From contig CAVYHV010000007.1 of assembly GCA_963768425.1 (NCBI GenBank), forward strand, positions 1 through 11,344: a DNA stretch of 11,344 nucleotides. The letters are read 5' to 3'. The DNA comes from Candidatus Bathyarchaeota archaeon. Lineage in GTDB: Archaea > Thermoproteota > Bathyarchaeia > Bathyarchaeales > Bathycorpusculaceae. Of this stretch, positions 1-7,609 are shown in pieces. The notes beneath the pieces are model-generated. The model worked only from the letters and a program-made list of their open reading frames with translations, was not told the DNA's origin and did no database searches. Both the position numbers and the translations under genes were made by a program. Position 1 is the first letter of the stretch. Every line of letters begins with the position of its first letter.

Positions 1-753
1 GGGCGCCGCTATTGGCATCCAGAGCATGAACGTTGCTGCTTGGGAGCCGACGTAGACGACGCCGTTGACAACAGCAGGAGACGACTCAACCGCGGGCGCC
101 AGTTGTGTAATTCCAGAGTTGGAAGCCGTTAGCAGCGTTCAAAGCATAAACGTTACCGTCCATCTGAACCGATGTAGACGACGCCGCCGACGACAGCAGG
201 AGACGACTGACCGCGCCCCTGTGGTGAAACTCCAGAGTAGGCCGCCGGTAGTAGCGTTCAAAGCATAAACGTTATCGTCACCTGAGCCTATGTATACGAA
301 GCCTCCGACAACAGTGGGGGAAGATCCAATTATGGCATTAGTAGTGAAATTCCAGAGTTGGGCGCCGTTTGTGGCGTTCAAAGCATAAACGTTGTGATCA
401 TAACAGCCCACGTAGACTACCCCGCTGACAACAGCAGGAGACGACCGAAATGCGTCAAGAGTAGTGAAATTCCAGAGCTTGGCGCCGGAAGCAGCGTTGA
501 AAGCATAAAAGTTGCCATCCTACAGCCTACGTAACCAGCCGTTGACAACAGCGGGAGATGACTAAACCGACTACAGGTAGTGGTTGTCCAGGTCACCGTG
601 GGAGTAAGCACAGGAGTGTCTGAGCTTGCACCACTGTGAGTTGGGTCCGAGTGGAACATTGTCCAGTCTGCGCTAGCCAACGGAATCAAAACCAACTGAA
701 AGAAAAATCAGGCAAACCACCGCTGCTACCGCACGAAACCTGTTCAGTATCAA
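1..753 (-). CDS. Secreted PQQ-binding-like beta-propeller repeat protein (5' part; runs off the window; several apparent frameshifts)
   Basis: TTG start at 753 after GGGGTG. Signal peptide joined across a frameshift (LNRFRAVAAVVCLIFLSV..LIPLASA), then DWTMFHSDPTHSG, then repeated 40-aa units such as SSPTVVGGFVYIGSGDDNVYALNATTGGLLWSFTT. ORF fragments 417..695 and 139..411. Confidence 0.88.
21..590. repeat. About 120-bp coding tandem repeat (about 5 units) encoding PQQ/BamB-type propeller blades
   Basis: AAAGCATAAA-like anchor at 21, 141, 260, 380 and 500. GACAACAGCAGGAGACGAC- and TCCAGAG-like blocks recur with the same period. Confidence 0.9.
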
Positions 754-785
754 AGCACCCCTTTCAGTCCCATACCGTTAAAGAA

Positions 786-803
786 CTATTTAAGCTCTTT
801 TCC
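786..803 (-). promoter_or_regulatory. Archaeal BRE/TATA promoter of the first beta-propeller gene
   Basis: Minus strand reads GGAAAAGAG-CTTAAATAG, about 33 bp upstream of the TTG at 753. Same architecture as 4708-4723. Confidence 0.55.
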
Positions 804-1064
804 AAATCGTTCTTTAAGGACTCCCAAGGCTAAAATAATAAATCAAAGTTTTAAGGTATGTTCACAGGTTCTTCAGATCCGTTTTTGAAAAAACGCCTCT
901 TTAGGCTATGCGTACGCGCTATGCATAAAAATAGCTTAAAGTGGGGAGAATTTTAAAGTGTTTCTGAATGATGTTTTATTTTGGAATACTGTGAGGTTGT
1001 CAGCTATTTTGTCGACAAAGCTTTTTTTTCTGCTCAACCGATAAGACGTGTGAAAAACCAAGTT

Positions 1065-1700
1065 ATGGATGAGTCAACGCGCTCGCTCAGAATTCTCTTC
1101 TTAGCTTGCAATGCTGAAAGGAGTGAAGAATGACACCCGCTTGGCTGAAAATCTAAAGAAACGTGTGCAATCGGTCGAAACGCGTAATCTAAGCACAGTT
1201 CCCGACAGAGCTATCATTGGTAGATGATGGAGGCTATACCTAAAAACGGTGACTAAACTTCCTCGAGGAAATCTTTCAAAAGATATCTGGAATTATTCAG
1301 CTTGTAATGCCACCACTCTGTTGATTGCTGACTCAACGCCGCTGGTGGACCTCTACGACATAGAAGCTTGATGTTGCTGTACGAGCAGAGGGTAGTTCAG
1401 GGGTTTAAGCTACAAGCGGTAATAAATCAGTTGGGTGTACCGTCGAAGGCAGTTGCCACCTCAGGGAACCATTATGATTCGCCATTTCTTCAAAACTCAT
1501 GATGATATGGAGGCGGATTACTTTTTAACTGATGCAACTACGATTCGAAAAGAAATAGCAGAGCCGTCAGAGCCATTGAGGCAGAAATCGGAATCGTTTC
1601 TAATCCAAGAAAAGCAAACATAAGAGAGCCAAACAGGGAGCGCTTCACTAGGCTAAGTGCTATTTTATTGAAAAATTCAATGGGCATCGCCCTCGCTTAA
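1065..1700 (+). pseudogene. Decayed DDE transposase (IS5/IS982-like, DDE_Tnp_1 type)
   Basis: Joining frames gives ...VPDRAIIGR*W...LLIADSTPLVDLYD...GFKLQAVINQLGVPSKAVATSGNHYDSPFL...YFLTDA.YDS...NPRK...YFIEKFNGH, i.e. the D, D and E motifs. Several in-frame stops plus frameshifts; C-terminus truncated. Confidence 0.8.
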
Positions 1701-1752
1701 GAAGTTCTGCTTAACATAGTTAGCGTTCAGATTATTCTAAAGTGGCTAGAGC

Positions 1753-1790
1753 AAAAAAGTTTAGATAACAAAAAAACAAAAAAGGGAAAG
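1753..1790 (-). terminator. Oligo-T archaeal terminator downstream of the large surface-protein gene
   Basis: Minus strand CTTTCCCTTTTTTGTTTTTTTGTTATCTAAACTTTTTTG begins about 20 bp after the stop at 1812. Confidence 0.55.
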
Positions 1791-1811
1791 TTGTTTGGTT
1801 TTAGTTGATGC

Positions 1812-4639
1812 TTATGCTCGTTTCCGAAGGATGAGTATTGCTACTGCAACTGCTACTATCATTGCGATTATAATGGCGATTACCGCGTACAGGATGGCAT
1901 TTGTGTAGTTAGTTACTGGAGCTGCTGGAGGTGGTGTAGCTGCTGCTGCTGGTGCCGAGTTTACATATACAGAGGTTTCCGCGGTTGAGCCGTAGTAGGC
2001 TCCTGATCCAGCGAAGCTGGCGACGATAGTGTATAAGTCTGGAACCGTGGCGTCCAACCGAAGCTGTACTGGCCAGTTAGATCTGATGTGACGGTGCCGA
2101 TGTGTGACAAAGTTGCCGTTAGGATCAAGCGCGTCTAAGCTCACTGTAACGCCTGTTCCATTCCGATGGGAATGGCTGGTCTTCATGCAAGTAGTCCATC
2201 CATTTGATTCATGGTAGCGTCGGATACTGCTGGTGTGCCGCCTGGGCGGGGACATGTCAAGAACAGTGCCCTTTAGAAGTACGCCGCTTCCTACCTCGTA
2301 TCCAACGCTTTGGAGGTACAGAGTGTAGTGGTGGTGTTACCCTTGTCCGAAGCCGTATGTGTAGCCGTTTACAGAATCTGTTGCGGTGAGAACACCGTCA
2401 GCAATCGCGGTTGGCGTATAGACGCCCATTATCTTCCATAGTCCCTGACCTGTGGTAGCGTTGACACCGACTGAGACCCCAATCTCTGTAGTAGAATGTT
2501 GGACTGTGCTCGCTGTTAGGCGCGTAGATGACCTGATTAATGCCGTTGCCGCCAATGACTGGTCCGGTAGAGCCGAATTCAAAAGAGTTGTAGGTTTCGC
2601 TCGAGCAAGATTCAAGTTATTTGGTTCTGTTCCTGCTATGTTCGAGCCGTAGGGCGCTTCGCTGTAAGGGTTGTTATCTATGAAATGCCAGACTATGTCG
2701 CCGTTGGTAACGTTAAACGCGTAAATTCCACTGTAGCTAAGTCCGTTAATATCTGGCCGTCGCCGCAGGCTTGAGGCATATAAGCAAAGAAGTTACCCCA
2801 AGGATAATCTGTTACCTGACTGACCCAAGCGAGTTGTCCCGTTGTCATTATTGCTGGGCTATGTATGATAGTCCTCCATTCTGTTATCCATGACGGCTGC
2901 CTTCGTAAAATAAGCCATATCCACTGCCAGTAGCTGGACCCTCGGTATTATACCATGCGTTTGAGTTTGACACGTCAAAGAGTGGAGCAACATAGCATAC
3001 AGTTGCGCCGTTTGTAATGTTGAAAGATTTTTAAAGACCGTGGCAATTATGCAGGTTGCGGGGCTTCTAAGGTAACCATTCATACTGCCAAAGATCCGTT
3101 GTTTATATTTTCATAAGCAGAGCCGAAGCTGTCGATACTTGCTACGCAGGATGCCATGATAGGCTCAACATCAGTTACGTTCCATAGTATTCTTGACGTG
3201 AAATTAGTCGAACTGCCAGCTACGTTCCAACATATAAAATTAAGGCCGATTTTGGCTGTAAACGAAAGGGGGTTAAGCGTAGAATTCCTCTTGCAAGTGA
3301 ACCCGGCACGTTAAGGGTTTGCGCTCCAGTTAATGGCATTGTACTCTGTAGAGGTACGTCGAGCTAAAATAGATCAGGATCGGTGTTGAGCCACTCTGAT
3401 CACCAACGGTGTAAGTTCCCTGGTTCGCTCCACAGTATTTTGCCGCTTTGTATGTCAAAGCAAGTTATGTTGCCGCCAGAATTGGAATATCCTCGTCCAG
3501 CCATGATAACGTTAATGCTGTAGACGCTACTGGGAATAGATTCCTGAAACTGTTGGTGCACCGAACACAGAAATTTCCGCCTCCAGTTTGTATGTCGCCT
3601 TGATCGCCTACGAAGCCTCCGAGACCAGCGTATGCCGGTATATCCCATAGTACGTGGGCAGTCGTCGGAGCCGTAGTGAACGGGTTACAAGCACCTTGAG
3701 AGGCGTTGTAGTATGACATGTACCAGGGTCCTGCGATAGTGATCCATTGTCTGTTCTCAACGTTTATTGGGAAAGTCAATGGTCCGGTGGTTGGAAGAGG
3801 AGTGTCCGGATACCCTATAGGTACCGCGGTTTGCTGTACAATGACTGTTCGTGTTATACTGGCAGGTAAACTGAGGTAGTCCCCTGGAAATGAGAGGGTG
3901 ACGGTCCAGTTTCCCACTGCGTCTAAGGAATCAACTCGGTAAACAGTTCCCTCATCTTCTGAATCCGCTGTATATGCGAAGGCTGTTCCATTGGGTGCTG
4001 TTAAGGTAAGCGTGTAGTCATGGTAGTATTGCCATGAGGTTAACGGCGGCGGTGTAATCCGGCGGAGATTAGCAGTGGTTGCCCAACTCCGATAGCAGGG
4101 TAAGGATTAAATGAAAGCATGGCAAAGACGGTTCGTTTGGCATAGCCTACCCCGACATTACATTGATTTTTTGATGTGATAGCGGCGTGCGTAGTGTCTC
4201 CAGGCCAGTAAAAGGTGACTGTCCAGTTTCCTTGCATGGTAGGCGTCCAAATGTAAGCGAATCTCGGACCGGCAGTACTTCCAACAGCGGTAGGTATAAC
4301 ATTGAAAGGCCCGTTTTTGACAGTTGATACTCCGTTGGGGTCTGTGAAGGTAATGGTAGCATTAGGCCACTGTGTGTAGGACCCAAGAGGGACCGTTGTC
4401 CAAGGATAGCTCTGAACCGTAGCATTATAATATTGATCAGTAGCCAGCAGATTCGGACTAGGTACCCAATCTATCTCAGTAGGCGAGTTCACCCCTACAT
4501 ACGGGCTGAACATTACTGACATGGTGGTATTTATAAGAGCTGCTTTAGTGGTTGGTATGTTTACCATTGCTGCACTCGCAGCAAACATCAGAATTATAAT
4601 AGTAGCTATAGTTATAGTTTGGTTTTTTTCAATTTTCAT
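1812..4639 (-). CDS. Large (about 940 aa) membrane-anchored surface protein: signal peptide, two Ig-like domains, PQQ-like beta-propeller, Ig-like domain, Pro/Ala linker, C-terminal TM anchor (multiply frameshifted)
   Basis: Collinear fragments 4040..4639 (signal peptide, GNWTVTFYWPGD), 3465..3917 (GNWTVTLSFPGD, PINVENRQW, APTTAHVLW), 3400..3648, 2337..2615 (NATTGQGLW, AIADGVL, GYTYGFGQG) and 1812..2255 (GVTVSLDALDPNGN, YTIVASFAGSGAYYGS, TM helix + RKRA). These motifs are recalled from the expanded Bathyarchaeia PQQ-propeller family. Confidence 0.85.
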
Positions 4640-4666
4640 TTTTCTTTTTCCTTTCCTATAATTTTA

Positions 4667-4723
4667 TAGCGCGCAAACGCGCTAAGCAACCATAGATGTT
4701 GCATTGTCTATTTAAAACTTTCC
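4667..4723 (-). promoter_or_regulatory. BRE/TATA promoter with two downstream palindromes (candidate operators)
   Basis: Minus strand GGAAAG-TTTTAAATAG (4723-4708). Inverted repeats GCAAC-N7-GTTGC (4686-4702) and TAGCGCG-CAAA-CGCGCTA (4667-4684) lie between the TATA box and the ATG at 4639. Confidence 0.55.
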
Positions 4724-4738
4724 AGAGCTCGCCTGCTA

Positions 4739-4799
4739 CGCGCGCGTTAACGAATTTCGTGAAAGCGCGGCGCGCGAATGGTTAAAAATGGTTAAAAAT
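4739..4799. repeat. CG-rich imperfect palindrome followed by a 10-bp tandem repeat
   Basis: CGCGC-g-TTaACGAA-t-TTCGTgAA-a-GCGCG (4741-4769), then AATGGTTAAA x2.3 (4777-4799). Confidence 0.7.
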
Positions 4800-5015
4800 C
4801 GTCTCTTTGCATGTTCCTTTGTTGGATCGCTTTTGCGAATGCACTTCAATTGTGTTTGACGTTTGTTTTCTACGTTGAACTGAAGCACTGGTTTGGTGCC
4901 AACAAGACCATGCAAGTTAAAGAAGCGCAAATTTGCCTCCAAATCAAAAAATGAGACCCACGACCATCTTAGACCATTTTCGGAACAAGGCAGCAAGCTG
5001 CAGAGTCTAACACAG

Positions 5016-5523
5016 TGTAAAGTCAGGTTTCTAACGTTACTCTTATTTCTGTAGACGTTGCATACTTGTTTTGCGGGTGGATGGTGTGAGGCTGTCTCCC
5101 GACATTAGAGGAGCCTTCAATAAGCTTGTTAAGAAGGATTTAACAGTAACCCGCATTGCCAAACTCTTTGACACAACAAGGCAAACGGTGTATCGGTGGC
5201 TTAACCGAGCTAAACATGTGGGAAGAGAATACTATAAAGACAGGCCAAGAAAGCCAAAAGAGTCCAAAGTCACCTTGGAAGTTGAGCTGTCCATTCTTAA
5301 GCTGAGAACCACGTTCAAATGGGGAACTGCACGCATTCAGCAAGGACTCTACAATCTGCCAGATTTCTTCTTGGATTCAGGTAGGCTGCGTTCAAGGAGT
5401 TAGGCTTTCCAGGGAAACAATAAACAATGTTCTCGCAAGGAACAATCAAAATGGGTATCAAAGCGAGTTTAAGCGCTGGAAATTCTTTGGGGCCAGTGAG
5501 CCTGATCGAGCTCTGGCAGGATA
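5016..5523 (+). mobile_element. Truncated IS481-family element (N-terminal HTH half of the transposase; likely GTG start at 5086)
   Basis: HTH TVTRIAKLFDTTRQTVYRWLNR, then DRPRKP and WGTARIQ. After a frameshift near 5380: LSRETINNVL...WKFFGASEPD-ELWQ, ending where the first catalytic Asp of the rve core should be. Candidate TGT left ends at 5016 or 5050; no right end seen. Confidence 0.8.
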
Positions 5524-5555
5524 CTGCTAACTTATTTGTCATGGCAAACCTATAG

Positions 5556-5582
5556 TTATCTTTTATATTTCTTAAAAGATAA
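5556..5582. promoter_or_regulatory. Perfect 10-7-10 inverted repeat overlapping a TATA-like box
   Basis: TTATCTTTTA-tatttct-TAAAAGATAA, 11 bp upstream of the GTG at 5594. Confidence 0.55.
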
Positions 5583-5593
5583 TACTACTCGGT

Positions 5594-6457
5594 GTGCCAG
5601 TGAAGAAATCAAGCTTGCGCCTAATAGCTTGGATCATACTTGTTGTGGCAACTGGACTTACAGTGTATTTTGCATTACTCAATTTGATAAATTCAGCAAT
5701 CGTGGATTTGTTTTACGTAATAGAGGGAACGGGGGTTGTTGAATTGGCAATTATTGTATTATCTAAGCGTTTAAGCGAACCAATTTTTCTAATTGAACCT
5801 TGCCACAAGATAAGCAAAGATAATTTCCAGCAAGGTAAAGTCGGCTTTTCCGTTAAGGTAAAAGACAAAACCGTGAATAATGCTTCTGTCATATGCAATG
5901 GATTACCTATAGAATGGGAAGACTTAGATGGTAAACCATGGCCTTCAAAAAAACTTCAAGTTGGTGCTAACCCCTCCTATTTTTTCCCTTTTGGTATAAG
6001 CTTATCAATAGTTCGATGACGGAAACGGAACAATTCATAACCATTAGATTGTATCAAAACAAGAGTGTTTATGATACCAAAGCCAAACCGAATCCCGTGC
6101 TTTTAGCCGATGGTTATTATAGTATCCCAAGCTCAAGGAGGCATTTTTGAGGTAACAAGAGGGAAAACGCTAATAAAACCACTTCCCTTCGAAGCAAACA
6201 TTCGCATAACTGGCGATGAAATTGGAGAAGAAGTAAATCGTTTGTTTGACGCTTATTTTTGGCCAGTATTCGGTTGGGAAAAGAAATCAGATAAGTTTGA
6301 AGATATTGAATTAATCTTAGGATTGTCGGCAGTTGAAAAACGGTTTTGGAGGAAAAAATCATACATTAACGATGTTGATATGGAATTGGTTCGACATAAT
6401 ATTGGAATGAGGCATAAAGTACAAGAACATGTAAAGGCGCGCTGGCTTGTCCCTTAA
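5594..6457 (+). CDS. Hypothetical protein, two N-terminal TM helices plus a beta-rich soluble domain (about 285 aa if two frameshifts near 6012 and 6128 are corrected)
   Basis: ORFs 5594..6019 and 6110..6457 are bridged by an open third frame (MTETEQFITIRLYQNKSVYDTKAKPNPVLLADGYYSIP). Hydrophobic segments LIAWIILVVATGLTVYFALL and IVDLFYVIEGTGVVELAIIVL. AT-rich. The last 4 codons come from the IS. Confidence 0.65.
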
Positions 6458-7542
6458 TTAAGTTAACGTTTATTTTTGAGTTGGGGTCTCGTATCAAATG
6501 AGTTACGTCCAAGCTTAGGAGGTGACCCCAAGCGGGACAAGATGAACACGAGACCCTAGAAACCCTCTTTCGAAACATTGACTTAAGCTTTGCCAAAACA
6601 GTCCTGCGCAGTTGCTTTCACACCGATGGACCTGGCAGGCCGCCCAGAAACCCCATGGGGCTTTTCAGAGCCTTCATCGTCATGCGCATGAAAGGCGTCC
6701 GCAGCCTAAGAGAAATGACCAGACAACTCGACACAGATCTAAGACTCAGAAAACTATGCCTCATCAAACCAGGCGAGAAAGGTTACACAAGAAGCGTTCT
6801 AAGCAGATTCATCCGCAAAGTCGGAGAAACCCGCCTCATCAACATAATAGAAGAAAAAGTTATCAAACTCTTGAAACAGAACGACGCAGCTTGCGTTGAT
6901 TCCATCTTTGATGCCTCCTTCATAAAAGCATGGAGCACACGCGATCCATTAGACAGCCAGACCGGCTACTCAGACAAAGAAGCCAGAGTCGGAAGAGCAG
7001 GCAGAACATTCGGACTTGGCTTCAAGCTACACTTAGCTATTGATTCTGCGACTATGCTTCCTTTAGCCTGCACTTTTGCTTCTGCTAACCAAAACGAACA
7101 GAAACACTCACTGAACCTGCTCGAGAAAACCAAGCTGATTCTAAAGCAGTCTGAGGCTAAACTGAGAAGTGTAATAGCTGACAGCCAATACAGCGACGGC
7201 AAACTCAGAGATGCTGTTGACGCGGCGGTGATTCCGTATCGGGCAAACCAGAAACGGAACGTTAAGGGATTGCTTAGGGTGGATCGGAAGTTTCGAACCT
7301 ATGGGCCACAAGACCAAAAAAGAGAGTATCACAAGAGGCCACATGTAGAGGCGGTCTACAGCTTCCTGAAGACGCAGTACGGCTTAACCGTAAACAAGGT
7401 TAGGGGCTTAGGCAATGTAGCTTCATACGCGCTCTTCAGCATTCTATGTCTGGTTCTGAATCGAGAGGCAGCCGAAAACTTCGGAAGATACGATAAAGCA
7501 GTCTCACCAACCTATTTCAACACGTAATATCGGGACAAGGTA
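6443..7542 (+). mobile_element. Complete 1100-bp insertion sequence (IS1182/IS5-like), flanked by a GCGCGC target-site duplication
   Basis: Left end TGGCTTGTCCCTTAATTAAGT versus right end (reverse complement) TACCTTGTCCCGATATTACGT, 15/21 identical. GCGCGC at 6437-6442 and 7543-7548. Confidence 0.82.
6532..7527 (+). CDS. DDE transposase (DUF772-like N-terminus + DDE_Tnp_1 core), 331 codons of open frame; first ATG at 6655
   Basis: GPGRPPRNP, RSLRE, IFDASFIKA, DKEARVG, FGFKLHL-like LGFKLHLAID, SANQNE, IADSQYS, KRPHVEAVYSFLK, VRGL motifs. The frame is open from 6526, downstream of AGGAGGTGA (6517-6525). Confidence 0.93.
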   Translation, partial: AGQDEHETLETLFRNIDLSFAKTVLRSCFHTDGPGRPPRNPMGLFRAFIVMRMKGVRSLREMTRQLDTDLRLRKLCLIKPGEKGYTRSVLSRFIRKVGETRLINIIEEKVIKLLKQNDAACVDSIFDASFIKAWSTRDPLDSQTGYSDKEARVGRAGRTFGLGFKLHLAIDSATMLPLACTFASANQNEQKHSLNLLEKTKLILKQSEAKLRSVIADSQYSDGKLRDAVDAAVIPYRANQKRNVKGLLRVDRKFRTYGPQDQKREYHKRPHVEAVYSFLKTQYGLTVNKVRGLGNVASYALFSILCLVLNREAAENFGRYDKAVSPTYFNT

Positions 7543-7609
7543 GCGCGCTAACATAAAGAATTTAAAAAAGATCAAAAAATAAATACTACTCCAATCTCAG
7601 TAGGATATC

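Noticed and set aside
21-590. Periodic repeats as a CRISPR array or DGR template/variable repeats
   Set aside because: The 120-bp period equals 40-aa propeller blades. There is no repeat-spacer structure, differences are not adenine-restricted, and no reverse transcriptase or cas gene is present.
987-1721. Possible terminal IRs of the decayed transposase (ACTGTGAG vs ACTATGTT)
   Set aside because: The match is too short and degenerate, and no target duplication is seen.
4736-4996. 86-aa minus-strand ORF, or a possible integrase/transposase relic
   Set aside because: No recognisable motif in any frame, and it runs into promoter palindromes. It cannot be supported without a search.
5594-6457. 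Assignment as CBASS Cap15 (2TM-beta)
   Set aside because: Only the topology is similar. There is no CD-NTase in the window and no recognisable sequence motif.
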